From: an uncultured Candidatus Berkelbacteria bacterium
GTDB lineage: Bacteria > Patescibacteriota > UBA1384 > UBA12157 > JAENIV01
NCBI GenBank assembly: GCA_963698075.1
Contig: OY969116.1
Span: 606,131-670,130, forward strand
DNA length: 64,000 nucleotides
Direction: 5' to 3'
The stretch's first letter is position 1. Every line of letters begins with the position of its first letter. A model generated the notes under the pieces. The model had not been told where the DNA came from. It was given only the letters and a program-made list of their open reading frames with translations, and searched no databases. Below are positions 29,207-39,481 of the stretch, one piece after another. Made by a program: the position numbers and the translations under genes.

Positions 29207-32200
29207 ATGGACGCGCCTGGTGATGTTGGCGTGGAATATGGCGAGAACCCGGAACCTCGACCCGATATCGCCAAACCACGCCAACCCAAAAAGAAAAGCC
29301 CGGCTAAAAAAATAGCTGGAAAACCGGCTAAGGGACTTTTAAATAAAGCCGGTAACTGGGCTAAAAAACAAGCGGCCGCAATGGCAGTTAAAGCCGCTGC
29401 TTTGGCTGGCGGCTGGTGGGCTTGGATTATTGTTGGCATCCTTATCATTATCGCCTTTATCATCGCTTTACTCGCCGCCTATTATATCCGCGGCGGCGCC
29501 GGTAAAACCATCCCTCAACCCGCCGGTAAAAACGATCCCAACATTGCCAAAATTGTTGCCTTTACCAAACAGGAAACTGGCGAAAAGGGCTCCGGCAACA
29601 TGAAACTCAATTTTTTAAACCAGCGCGACCTCGAATATCTCCAATCCGGCCAAATCGACAAGAGACTACTGGCCGCCCTCGTTTATTTGGCTGAGCGCCA
29701 TGACCATATCCGCGTCAGCCATATTGTTTCGGGTTACGAGGACATAAAAACCAATGTCGAGTCGGGCAGTTTTCACGATAAACAATTTTCTAATAATATC
29801 TCCGCCCACAAAGACGGTCTCGCCGCCGACCTCGATGAGATAGATTATGTCAAAGATAAATGCGATTGCGGTTCAAAAATTCCCGTTAAAGTCGAATGGC
29901 AAATAATTGGCCAAAATCCCTTTTCGCAAACCCCAGATGCTTTAAACCAAATTAAAAGTCCTGACGATTTTGCCAAACCGGCGGTCAAAGACGCTCTCGC
30001 GAAAATGGGCGTCACTGGGCTTGATCAAAAAGATCTCATTGAGAAGATGAAAGCGTCTGTGACGCTTGCAAAAATTGATAGCGTTTATGATTTAATTGAT
30101 CCTCGGGTGATTGCCGCTTTTACGGAAATCGGTGTTAATGGTATCGATAACTCCGATTTACAGTCCGGCCTGAAACGCCTCCAAGCTCTCCAACAACTCT
30201 ACGAACTTAACCCCCATGACATTAATGCTTTAAAAAATCCTCAAGTCCAAAGTTTGATGGCCACTATTGGCGTCCCTGTTTCTGATGAATTAATTGCCAA
30301 CATCGATAAATACCAAGCAATCAAAGTAATTGAGTCAATGACTTCTTTGCAAGACCTCCAAAGGCCCGACGTCCAAAGCGCTCTTCAAAAATTAGGCGTC
30401 AATACGGCTGACCCGCTTTTCCAAGATGCAGTCAAAAAAATGGGTGCTGCCACCGCCATCTCCAAATGGCAGGGCAATTTCAATGATCCAACCCTTTTGG
30501 CCGGCCTTTCTGAGTTTGGACTGAACGCTGATGCCGACACTAAATTTGCCCTGCAAATTATAGGTTCTGCCCAGGCAACCTTTGCTGGTCCCAGCGGTCA
30601 ACTCAATACCGATGTCTTTGTTATCCAAACCCTAGAAAAATTGGCCATTTACACCAATAATCCCGATATGCAAGATGCGGTTAAAAAGTACCGGGCCGCT
30701 TATAAGTTGAGCAATAGTCAAGTCAATTTTGCCAGTCCTGATTTTGTCAACGCCTTGACGGATTTAGGTCTCAATCTTTCTCAAGATGAAAAAGAGGCCA
30801 TCGCCAAATATAATCAAGCGCAGTACATTTTAAATTATCACGGCGACTATACTGATCCTCAATTTATTGGCCTCTTGGGACAATTCGGCATCCCGCTCAC
30901 TGACGACACTAAAGAGGGAATTAGCATCTACAAGGCCAGCCAAACCCTTGCCAAGGCGGCTCATGGTGAAATTTCCCTTGATAGTCAAGTCGTCAAGGAC
31001 GCCTTAAACACAATCAAGGCGGCCACTATTGATGATGACAAGGCCAAGTCGGCGATTAAAGTTGGGGAGGCCAAAGATATTAATGATCCATCAATTGCCG
31101 CTGACAAAGATAAAATTGGCCTCAACAAAGCCACTTATAAAGACGCGGTTGAAAAACTACACGCCGTCAAAACCTTAACCTCAATTCATGAATTCTCAGA
31201 TCTTAGTGATCCAACCTTGCAAGCCAACTTAGCCGCCATCGGCTTAAAAGATCCCAAGTATGCGGCCACTTTACAAAAAATCGGCGGCGCTTCGGCGCTT
31301 TTGAGTGTCCACAGCTTGACCGATCTCCAGAAACCTAATGTTCAAGCCGCTTTAAAACAAATTGGACTCAAAAACCCCGCAATTTATGAGAATCTTGGAA
31401 AATTGGGCAGTCTCCAAACACTTTTGCAGGTGCATGATCTCAAGGATCTTCAGTCACCGGCAGTGCAAACGGCGCTAAAAAATCTCGGACTCAAAAATCC
31501 CGCTGTTTATCAAAATATCGCCAAATTAGGTAGCATTAATACTCTTTTAACCATTAATAGTGCTTGGGATTTGGCTCGACCAGATGTCATTGATGCATTG
31601 GGAAATCTTAAATTAGCGGATGCGAACATGCAGTCCCAGCTAAAACAGATCGGTTCGATTCAAACCTTAATGAATATTAAGCAACCCAGCGATCTTTTAA
31701 AATATCAAACTATCAAGGCTCTGGACAATCTTGGGATTATTAAAATGAATGATCAACTCTTCGGCCAAATCGGCGCCATCCAAACTTTGCTGGCGGTTGA
31801 TTCTCTGCAAGATCTGATGAATCCAAGCTCTATTTTGGCCTTAAATACTCTGGGGATAATCAGTCTTTCCAATCCTGTCACTGTCGCCTTAATGGCGGTT
31901 GCGTTTATTGATAACCTTACTGGCGGCAAACTTCTGGGCGGGCTTTTGGGTGATGATTGCAAGGCCAATACCGCTTGCTACAAGCCGGCTGCCCAAGAAA
32001 ATGTTTATAAGGTAACTGAAGAGCTCCTCCAAATGCCTTACGATTTGGGCAACAAGGAAAAATATCGAGTCACTCAACTAATTATCTATTCACTCGATTA
32101 TATTCGTTCAAAAGATCCCAGTCTGGAAACTAAATTAGACAAACTCTATTGGTCGGGGAGGCCGAAAAATGTTGGTCTTTTTACCATGCCCGAGGCCTGG

Positions 32201-32224
32201 CAGAATGTTCATATTGGCTATTGA
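29207..32224 (+). CDS. Large membrane-anchored repeat protein with split M15-like motifs
   Basis: TM; SAHKDGLAADL; 41-aa helical repeats; C-terminal VHIGY. Confidence 0.7.
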   Translation: MDAPGDVGVEYGENPEPRPDIAKPRQPKKKSPAKKIAGKPAKGLLNKAGNWAKKQAAAMAVKAAALAGGWWAWIIVGILIIIAFIIALLAAYYIRGGAGKTIPQPAGKNDPNIAKIVAFTKQETGEKGSGNMKLNFLNQRDLEYLQSGQIDKRLLAALVYLAERHDHIRVSHIVSGYEDIKTNVESGSFHDKQFSNNISAHKDGLAADLDEIDYVKDKCDCGSKIPVKVEWQIIGQNPFSQTPDALNQIKSPDDFAKPAVKDALAKMGVTGLDQKDLIEKMKASVTLAKIDSVYDLIDPRVIAAFTEIGVNGIDNSDLQSGLKRLQALQQLYELNPHDINALKNPQVQSLMATIGVPVSDELIANIDKYQAIKVIESMTSLQDLQRPDVQSALQKLGVNTADPLFQDAVKKMGAATAISKWQGNFNDPTLLAGLSEFGLNADADTKFALQIIGSAQATFAGPSGQLNTDVFVIQTLEKLAIYTNNPDMQDAVKKYRAAYKLSNSQVNFASPDFVNALTDLGLNLSQDEKEAIAKYNQAQYILNYHGDYTDPQFIGLLGQFGIPLTDDTKEGISIYKASQTLAKAAHGEISLDSQVVKDALNTIKAATIDDDKAKSAIKVGEAKDINDPSIAADKDKIGLNKATYKDAVEKLHAVKTLTSIHEFSDLSDPTLQANLAAIGLKDPKYAATLQKIGGASALLSVHSLTDLQKPNVQAALKQIGLKNPAIYENLGKLGSLQTLLQVHDLKDLQSPAVQTALKNLGLKNPAVYQNIAKLGSINTLLTINSAWDLARPDVIDALGNLKLADANMQSQLKQIGSIQTLMNIKQPSDLLKYQTIKALDNLGIIKMNDQLFGQIGAIQTLLAVDSLQDLMNPSSILALNTLGIISLSNPVTVALMAVAFIDNLTGGKLLGGLLGDDCKANTACYKPAAQENVYKVTEELLQMPYDLGNKEKYRVTQLIIYSLDYIRSKDPSLETKLDKLYWSGRPKNVGLFTMPEAWQNVHIGY

Positions 32225-32493
32225 TGGCCAATTTTAAACCGAATTCTTTTGACTTTGTTCTCACCCATCTTTTGATTGATTTTTTCAATGATTTGACCGC
32301 TTTCGGCCTGTAAATTAGCGGCTTGAGCACTGGTTGAGCATGAGACGGTTAACAAACCGCCGGAAAAGGAAACGATGATATATTGCTGTTGGGCTACTCG
32401 GCGGGCGCATTCACAAATTTCCGCCGCCTCCAGGGGTTTTTGAAAGCGTTTAAATCGCGGATCGCTGGTCAATATTTTGTTTATTTTTTTCAT
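32218..32493 (-). CDS. DciA/DUF721-like protein
   Basis: GLLTVSC...A.NL...IIEKINQKMG...KRIRF; position after recF. Confidence 0.65.
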   Translation of the reverse strand: MKKINKILTSDPRFKRFQKPLEAAEICECARRVAQQQYIIVSFSGGLLTVSCSTSAQAANLQAESGQIIEKINQKMGENKVKRIRFKIGHQ

Positions 32494-32568
32494 AATATCT
32501 AATACAAATCGCCGAGGGGAGCCCCTGAGCAAGGCCGGATGCGAACGGGGCGACCCGAGGCGTTGCTG

Positions 32569-33657
32569 CTATTTTAACTCCACGATCCTCGCCTTTTCTC
32601 TTAAATTCTTTTCAATATGATCCAAGTCAGTCGTCGTAATAATCGTCTGTTGGCCCTCGACGATTTTGGCCAGATGCAGGCGCCGATTTTTATCCAACTC
32701 CGAAAAAATATCATCGAGCATGAACAATGGTCTTTCCTCTTTTTCGAGCGTTAAATATTCCAATTCCGCCATTTTTAACGCCAGCACCGCGCTTCTATAT
32801 TCGCCCCGCGAGCCAAAGGTGGTAATATCTTTTCCCTCCAGCAAAAACACCAAATCATCTCGATGCGGGCCGAACAAGGTGGCGGTGTAATCAATTTCTC
32901 TTTGGCGATGCGCGACGAGGGTCTCGGCAAATTTTTCCGGCACCACAGTGGGGTTATATTTTAACTCAAGGGTTTCCCCTGTCCCTGATATTTCTTGGTA
33001 TTTCTTGGTTAAACCCTGCCTGCCGGCAGGCAGGTCTTCATTAATTTTTGCCACTGTTTTTTGGCGTTTTTTGATAATAAAGCTTCCCAACGCCACCAGT
33101 TTTTCATCCCAAAAGGTGAGTTCCTCAATTTTGGAACGGCCGATCTTCAGAAAATAAAGAAGCTTATTACGGCCCCGAATAATTTTGGCCAAATCCAGAA
33201 GAGCCAGGGTATATTTTTTATCAATTTGGCAAAGAAGAATATCTAAAAAACGGCGCCTAAGCATTGGCGCCCCATCAATTAAATGAATCTCTTCGGGCGA
33301 AAATAGTACCTGCGGCAGTTTACCTAAAATTTCGGTCAATTTTTTCCGAACGCCGTTAATTTTAACTATTTTTGTCATGGGATATTTGGGATTGGGAATT
33401 TTCTGAATTAACATCGCCAGGCTTTCCTCTCTCTCGTTCCTCCTTTGCGCGGCAATCGAAGCCACTTCCGCTCCCCATTTTACTACTTCGTTATCATGAT
33501 TAGTGCGCCAAGAACGGCCGGTAGAAATTAAATAGATGGCCTCAATGATATTAGTTTTGCCAATGCCGTTGGGACCCACAAAAATCGTCGTTTTGCCAAA
33601 ATCAATTGAGTATTTTGAATAGTTACGGAAGTTGGTTAATTCAAGACGCTTTAACAT
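32569..33657 (-). CDS. recF: DNA replication/repair protein RecF
   Basis: NFRNY, GPNGIGKTN, GPHRDD, GSRGE, LDDIFSELD. Confidence 0.96.
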   Translation of the reverse strand: MLKRLELTNFRNYSKYSIDFGKTTIFVGPNGIGKTNIIEAIYLISTGRSWRTNHDNEVVKWGAEVASIAAQRRNEREESLAMLIQKIPNPKYPMTKIVKINGVRKKLTEILGKLPQVLFSPEEIHLIDGAPMLRRRFLDILLCQIDKKYTLALLDLAKIIRGRNKLLYFLKIGRSKIEELTFWDEKLVALGSFIIKKRQKTVAKINEDLPAGRQGLTKKYQEISGTGETLELKYNPTVVPEKFAETLVAHRQREIDYTATLFGPHRDDLVFLLEGKDITTFGSRGEYRSAVLALKMAELEYLTLEKEERPLFMLDDIFSELDKNRRLHLAKIVEGQQTIITTTDLDHIEKNLREKARIVELK

Positions 33658-33765
33658 AATTATCAATTTCCAAGCACCAATAACCATTCAATTTTTCAAA
33701 TGCCAAATATCAAATTGTAACATTGGAGCTTGGTTATTGATTGGTCATTGAGATTTGATCATTGG

Positions 33766-34872
33766 TTATTCCTCCATTCGGAGGGGCATGATAATATAGA
33801 GATAATTTTTATCTTTAGCAGGCCGAATCACGCCCGGGGAAAGCGGCCCCGCCAGTTCTAAATCGATTTTTTCCGAACTGATGACTTGAAGCGCGTCAAG
33901 AATAAATTTGGCGTTAAAAGCAATTTCAGTTTCATCGCCGGTAAAATTGCCTTCAAGATCAGAGGTGTTATCGCCGATTTGCGGCGAGACTGCCAAAACC
34001 TGGACCAGTTTGGGTTTTTTAATCACAATTTTTACATTATTAGCTGATTCTCTGGCAAAAAAACTGGCCATTTTAATCGCGTTGGCGAAATTAGCGGTCG
34101 AAATTTCGAGTTTTGTTTTAACGCTTGTGGGAATAATTTGTTCATAATCAGGGAAGCTGCCCTCGATTAATCGTGACATCACTTCTGTTGGTCCCAATTT
34201 AAATTGAACTTGATTTTCGCCGATTTTAATCAATACTTTTTCAATTGACTCGTCTATCAACCGGCCAATTTCCGCCAAAGGCCGGGCCGGAACAATAAAG
34301 TTTGCCGAAGAAGAATCCTTACTAATTAAATTGACTGTCTTTTCCGCTAAGCGGTAACTGTCAGTGGCCACTAATTTTAATTTATTGCCGGCTAAAACGT
34401 GATATATCCCTGCCAAAACCGGCCGGGTCTCATCAAGGGCACAAGCAAAAACCGTTTTTAAAATAGCATCGCGAAATTCCAAGGCCCCAATCTCAATTTC
34501 TTTACCTGCTTTAACCTCAGGAATCAGTGGAAACTCGCTCGCCTCAATTCCTTTGATATTGGCTTTAAAATGCTCGCTTGATAAATGCAAAGTCGCGTCT
34601 TTGAGTTCTAAATTAATCGTTTTATCGGTATTGGTGGTTGTAAACTCGGAAATTAATCTTGCCGGGCAGGTAACAGCACCGTCTTTATCAACTTTGGCGC
34701 CAATCCAGGTTGAAATACCAATTTCTAAATCGGTTGCCGCTAATTTCAACCGACCTTTTTCCGTTTTAATCAGGATATTATTAAGCACTGGTAAAGTCGT
34801 CCGCGTCCCTACCATATGAGAAACAATTCCCAACCCCCTAGCTAAATTCTCCTGGGTACATGAAACCTTCAT
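33766..34872 (-). CDS. dnaN: DNA polymerase III beta clamp
   Basis: ATDLEIG, RPVLAG, ATDSYRL, RLIEGSFPDY, IMPLR. Confidence 0.97.
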   Translation of the reverse strand: MKVSCTQENLARGLGIVSHMVGTRTTLPVLNNILIKTEKGRLKLAATDLEIGISTWIGAKVDKDGAVTCPARLISEFTTTNTDKTINLELKDATLHLSSEHFKANIKGIEASEFPLIPEVKAGKEIEIGALEFRDAILKTVFACALDETRPVLAGIYHVLAGNKLKLVATDSYRLAEKTVNLISKDSSSANFIVPARPLAEIGRLIDESIEKVLIKIGENQVQFKLGPTEVMSRLIEGSFPDYEQIIPTSVKTKLEISTANFANAIKMASFFARESANNVKIVIKKPKLVQVLAVSPQIGDNTSDLEGNFTGDETEIAFNAKFILDALQVISSEKIDLELAGPLSPGVIRPAKDKNYLYIIMPLRMEE

Positions 34873-34889
34873 TTAAATTCCTTTCTCCC

Positions 34890-35146
34890 TCCACAAATTA
34901 TCCACAGTTAGTCTCTTATTAAATCTTTGTTGATTAGATTTTAGTAATAATAATGTTTGTGGATCATGGGTATTAATAGATTGTTTGGGTTGTGGAAAGA
35001 CTGGGGATTTTCTTGTGGAAAACAGAAGTATTTTCAGTGGTAAAAATTAATAAACTTAATTTTGTCATATTATCTACTATATATATTAATACTCACAATT
35101 TAAGCAATAAATTAAATCCTCAAGTTATCCACAGCTTATCCACATG
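34890..35146. other. oriC segment between dnaA and dnaN
   Basis: TTATCCACA at 34898, 35125, 35136, degenerate TGTGGA boxes, AT-rich stretch at about 35040-35120. Confidence 0.85.
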
Positions 35147-36475
35147 TTAGGCAACGTAGAGCTTTTCTTTGATCATTGTCAGTTCTTTTTTTAAATCATC
35201 ATTGATAGCAATTTCCTTTTCAATTTTCCCCACCCCGTGCATGATGGTGGTATGGTCTTTTTTGTTAAGTTCGCGGCCAATCTTGGGATAAGACAAATTC
35301 ATCTCGTGACGCAAAAGATACATCACGATTTGTCTTGGCCAGACCATGGCCTGGCCTCTTTTTGCCGACAAAATATCAGTGGCCTGGATTTGAAAATATT
35401 CACCCACAATTTTAATGATTTTTCCAACCGACAAATTTTTACCGCGTGACTCGACAATATCTTCCAATACTTTACTGACAACGTCCAAAGAGGCGGTCAA
35501 GCGATTTAATTGACAATGAGCCAAAATGCGATTAATCGAGCCCTCAAGTTCGCGAATATTGGATTCAATATTTTCGGCAATATAATGGACACAATCATCA
35601 TCTAATGGCAAGTTCTTTTCAGCTGATTTAGCCCGCAGGATTGCCTCCCGCATCTCTAAATTCGGCGGTTGAATATCAGCCACCATACCGGCGCCGAAAC
35701 GCGAAGAAAGCCGGTCTTGAATTTGAGGAATGGCTCTGGGTACTCGGTCAGACGTGATCACAATTTGACGGTTGCCTTGATGTAGGGCATTAAAGGTGTG
35801 AAAAAATTCCTCCTGCGTACCTTCTTTTCCGGCCAAAAATTGGATATCATCAACCAAAAAAACATCAACCCCGCGATATTTCTTCTTAAATTCATCCGCC
35901 TTGCCGTTGGAGATTGAAGAGACATAATCGTTGGTAAAACTTTCGCAGGAAACGTAAACAATCTTCTTTTTGGGTGATTTGGCTAAGATTTCGTTACCGA
36001 TTGCCTGGACGAGATGAGTTTTGCCCAAACCCACGCCACCATATAAAAACAGGGGATTGTAAACAACCCCGGGCTTGGAGGCAACCGCTTGGGCCGTGGC
36101 AGCGGCCAAACGGTTGGAATTGCCGATGACAAAATTCTCAAAGCGATATTTGTGATTAAGTTGGGGATGAATTATAGCATCAATTTCTTTCGTCGCGCTA
36201 TCAGCTATTTTTGGCGGCCTAGGAAGTCCTTGAGTCGAAATTTTATAATTGATTTTGGTAATTTGGGGTTCGATTTTTTTGATGGCCTCCAAGATCTGGG
36301 GATGAAATTTGTTTTCCAGCCATTCCTTGGCAAAGCCATTGGGTACGGCAATAGTTGTTTCTGGAGGAACGAAGTCCAAAATAAAAGTATCCTTAAACCA
36401 AGTGGTAAAATTGGCCTTGGACAAGGTAACTTCAAGCTCACCTAAGGCGGTCTGCCAGATTTCTTTGGGATCCAT
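35147..36475 (-). CDS. dnaA: Replication initiator DnaA
   Basis: YNPLFLYGGVGLGKTHL, DDIQFL, QEEFFHTFN, NIRELEG, KDHTTIMH. Confidence 0.98.
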   Translation of the reverse strand: MDPKEIWQTALGELEVTLSKANFTTWFKDTFILDFVPPETTIAVPNGFAKEWLENKFHPQILEAIKKIEPQITKINYKISTQGLPRPPKIADSATKEIDAIIHPQLNHKYRFENFVIGNSNRLAAATAQAVASKPGVVYNPLFLYGGVGLGKTHLVQAIGNEILAKSPKKKIVYVSCESFTNDYVSSISNGKADEFKKKYRGVDVFLVDDIQFLAGKEGTQEEFFHTFNALHQGNRQIVITSDRVPRAIPQIQDRLSSRFGAGMVADIQPPNLEMREAILRAKSAEKNLPLDDDCVHYIAENIESNIRELEGSINRILAHCQLNRLTASLDVVSKVLEDIVESRGKNLSVGKIIKIVGEYFQIQATDILSAKRGQAMVWPRQIVMYLLRHEMNLSYPKIGRELNKKDHTTIMHGVGKIEKEIAINDDLKKELTMIKEKLYVA

Positions 36476-36654
36476 AACCAAACCTTTGGTTTGGAAATTC
36501 GAAATTCTCACTGCGGAAGCAAGGCATTTAATTCGAAATCCCAAACAAATTCTAAATCCTAATATTTAAATTCTTAATAATTCCTTAATTTTCGGATTTC
36601 GACATTCGTGCTTCGGATTTCCACGCAATCTTATCCTATAACCCGATTGCGTGG

Positions 36655-36760
36655 TTGTCCACAGCGAGTTATCCACAATTGAGCCAATCTCATAATATGT
36701 AAGTTATCCACAGCCTGTCAACACCCGCTTAGTGATTGTGGATTGGGTTGTGGAAAAATT
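36655..36760. promoter_or_regulatory. DnaA-box cluster upstream of dnaA
   Basis: TTGTCCACA 36655, TTATCCACA 36669 and 36704, further degenerate boxes. Confidence 0.8.
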
Positions 36761-36835
36761 TTATAAGAAAAAAGAGCGGTTTTCGTACGCTCTATCCGTC
36801 CCTAAAGGGACAAGACTTACGGTAGGGGTTTCCCC

Positions 36836-37027
36836 CTACATGCACTCAACGATGTACGCGATCTTCTCGTACGCGCTTCCTTGTTCATCTCGCGCCGAGG
36901 TCCATGTGAAGACCCACTTTGTGCTTGTTCGGGGCAGGCGTCGGAGCTCGTCTTTTATGGGCTTCATTCTCTCCTCGGTCTGCCTGACGATCTCTTCGAT
37001 CCGGCGATACTTCTCCTCAATGTCCAT
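36836..37027 (-). CDS. Small hypothetical protein
   Basis: AAGGGAG RBS; 63 aa. Confidence 0.5.
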   Translation of the reverse strand: MDIEEKYRRIEEIVRQTEERMKPIKDELRRLPRTSTKWVFTWTSARDEQGSAYEKIAYIVECM

Positions 37028-37146
37028 CTTCTTCTCCCTTGCTTAGTTAAAATCCTACTTCTGTTTCCATGAACTCTTTTCAGAGCTGATGGAGACAGAA
37101 GGGGATGCCGCCGATCGTATTGACCCGGCGGCTCGGTTGGATGTCC

Positions 37147-37515
37147 TTATCTTGTTTTGATGTCGTCAGGGGTGATCCCGCTCTCGGGCAGCAGGTTCAA
37201 CACCCTACCGACGTGGTTACCTTCGGGGTCGAGCACATCGATCACGAAGGCCCGCATCCTTGTTACTTCCCCGGCCGTGAGTTGATTAAGCCCACGGACC
37301 AGGCCTTCCAACAGGGGTCCGATGAGCTGTTGGTCCTCCATCGCATCACCGAGGGGGTTCTGGTTGGGGCGAGGATCATGCTGGAGGACATGGCGCGCGA
37401 CTGAGTTCGTCCACCAGACGCTGCCCGCCCCGCCCGGTCCCACATTGGCTGTTTCCTCACTTTCAAGACGTATCTTGTCCGTGCGGAGAGTGATGAAGGC
37501 GACCAGGTTCTTCAT
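37147..37515 (-). CDS. Hypothetical protein
   Basis: AAGGAGG RBS directly downstream of a consensus promoter. Confidence 0.6.
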   Translation of the reverse strand: MKNLVAFITLRTDKIRLESEETANVGPGGAGSVWWTNSVARHVLQHDPRPNQNPLGDAMEDQQLIGPLLEGLVRGLNQLTAGEVTRMRAFVIDVLDPEGNHVGRVLNLLPESGITPDDIKTR

Positions 37516-37564
37516 TTTCTCACCTCCCTTCATAACGGGTTGTACCTGATTTTCAGAACTTATG

Positions 37565-37638
37565 ATTATAACACAATCTGCCGAATTTGTCAAGTATTTT
37601 CGACTATATTTGACATCTTAGGTAATACCTGATATACT
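37565..37638. promoter_or_regulatory. Back-to-back sigma70 promoters
   Basis: Minus strand TTGACA-17-TATAAT (37593-37565); plus strand TTGACA-17-TATACT (37610-37638). Confidence 0.8.
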
Positions 37639-37696
37639 ATTATTAGTCGGTCTTTCCCGACTACTATCCGTCCTATGCTAAAGCTACGGAGGACAA

Positions 37697-38461
37697 GTGG
37701 AATATCTAAAATCTTTACAAAAACTTGGCTTTAATCAAAAAGAGCAAGATGTTTATTTTGCTCTCCTACAGTTGGAGAAAGCCACGGCCAATGAGATCGC
37801 TTATAAATCAAAGGTTAAGCGGCCGACAACTTATGATATTCTCTACCGTCTCGTCTCTGAGGGCTTTGCCGCCAAGGTGTTGGAAAACGATAAGATGAAA
37901 TTTGTTGCTCGGCCGCCGGAAAATTTGTTGGAAATCATCGAAAATCGAAAAAGAGAACTTAAGGCAGATTTACCGGAATTATTGAGCATTTATAATACTA
38001 AAGCCAATAAACCGAAAGTCGCCTATTTCGAAGGCTTAGATGGAGTCATTCAGCTTTACGAGGATACCTTGCTGACCTTAAAATCCGGCGATGAGATCGT
38101 CGCTTATTTTTGTGATTACGAAATCCCTGAACATAACAAATATATGCATGACTATGTTTTGCGCCGGGCTGCGAAAGGGATTAGGGCCCGAGGAATCGGT
38201 CAAGATAAACCTAAGATAAGAGAATTCATCAAAGAGAACAAAAAGCAGTTGCGAACATCTAAACTAGTCAGCGAGAAAGAATACCATCTCAAAAACGAGA
38301 TCAACATTTATGCCAACAAAGTCATTATTATCACCTTCAAACCCGAACTTTTCGGGATCCTCATCGAATCCAAAGAAGTCGCTGACACCCAGCGCGCCAT
38401 CTTCGAAATGGCGTGGAGGGGACTCCCGTCCAGTCTGCGTTCTCCAGGGATTTATAGATAA
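37697..38461 (+). CDS. TrmB-family transcriptional regulator (3)
   Basis: LGFNQKEQDVYFALL...KRPTTYDIL; YFEGLDG; INIYANKV; IESKEVADTQRAIFEMAW. Confidence 0.9.
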   Translation: MEYLKSLQKLGFNQKEQDVYFALLQLEKATANEIAYKSKVKRPTTYDILYRLVSEGFAAKVLENDKMKFVARPPENLLEIIENRKRELKADLPELLSIYNTKANKPKVAYFEGLDGVIQLYEDTLLTLKSGDEIVAYFCDYEIPEHNKYMHDYVLRRAAKGIRARGIGQDKPKIREFIKENKKQLRTSKLVSEKEYHLKNEINIYANKVIIITFKPELFGILIESKEVADTQRAIFEMAWRGLPSSLRSPGIYR

Positions 38462-38535
38462 GAAAAGGGCGCCGGCCGGTTGGCAAGCGCCCCTCGTCGA
38501 GTGGTTACTGATTCGATCTTCTCTCAGGGCCCCTG

Positions 38536-38736
38536 TCAGGCAGCCCACTTGTGGCTGTATTTGGGATTGGTACAGACCTCCCACCACCCAGGGTCGTCGG
38601 GACCGCTGACAGCCACCTTCGAGCCGCACTTGGGGCAAGGTCGGCGGCTGTAGTACGTCTTCGGCTGGCAAGCCTCTTTCTTCTCCTCTTTCTTCGCCCG
38701 GCGGAAAATCTTCTTGAGCAGTTCTCGGACGTTCAT
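38536..38736 (-). CDS. Small Zn-ribbon protein
   Basis: CPKCG...CTNPKYSH; GGAG RBS. Confidence 0.55.
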   Translation of the reverse strand: MNVRELLKKIFRRAKKEEKKEACQPKTYYSRRPCPKCGSKVAVSGPDDPGWWEVCTNPKYSHKWAA

Positions 38737-38782
38737 TTCTTTTCTCCGTCATCAGGTTAGTCGCTCGGCCACCGGCCGGTTT

Positions 38783-39466
38783 TCAGTGCGCCCTGTCCCA
38801 GTAGCCCTGTGTGTGGCTCCAGTTCTGCCAGTAGTAGTAGGTTTCCATGGGGAAGACGACTTCGGTGTAGGTGTGAGAAAGACAGGCAAAGATGGACCTC
38901 ACCAGACCTGTTACGGCCTCGAACTCATCCCTTTTCGTTGAAATACAGAGGGCGAAGTTGAGTATGGGTGAGATTCCAGTGGTGACCGGTGGTCTCCCGG
39001 ATTGCCACTTCATGGGCATCAGAGAGAAGGCGCAATAGTTACGGTTGATGCTACCTTCCAACTGGCCCAAGTACCACTCCTCAAACGGCTGAGGATTGGT
39101 CTGCCATTCGGGGAAGTCCTCGCTCACGCTCATTTCCCGGATAAAGCCCGAGAAGTAGAACCAGAGGTAGGGGTTCGGATCCCCTTCCTCGCCCTGATTG
39201 GGATAGACCAACCGCGCCTGGAATGGGCCACTAATAGCCGAGACGAGCCATTCGAGCACAGTCACCAAGCCGGGCGCAGGGGCACAGGAATGATGAGCGG
39301 AACCCATGGTAACTACCGGGTCCTCTAGTCGGTAGAGTACCTTTGAGTGGCTCCCCAGCATGGGGCAGGGTTGAGCTACCATGGTTGGCTGGGCCGGACA
39401 CTTGTTCGACCTCAGCAGAGCCACAAGCTGAACGACCAGAACAGCAACAACAAGCACGATTAGCAT
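38783..39466 (-). CDS. Membrane-anchored hypothetical protein
   Basis: AAGGAG RBS; hydrophobic N-terminus. Confidence 0.6.
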   Translation of the reverse strand: MLIVLVVAVLVVQLVALLRSNKCPAQPTMVAQPCPMLGSHSKVLYRLEDPVVTMGSAHHSCAPAPGLVTVLEWLVSAISGPFQARLVYPNQGEEGDPNPYLWFYFSGFIREMSVSEDFPEWQTNPQPFEEWYLGQLEGSINRNYCAFSLMPMKWQSGRPPVTTGISPILNFALCISTKRDEFEAVTGLVRSIFACLSHTYTEVVFPMETYYYWQNWSHTQGYWDRAH

Positions 39467-39481
39467 TTCCTTTCTCCTTTT

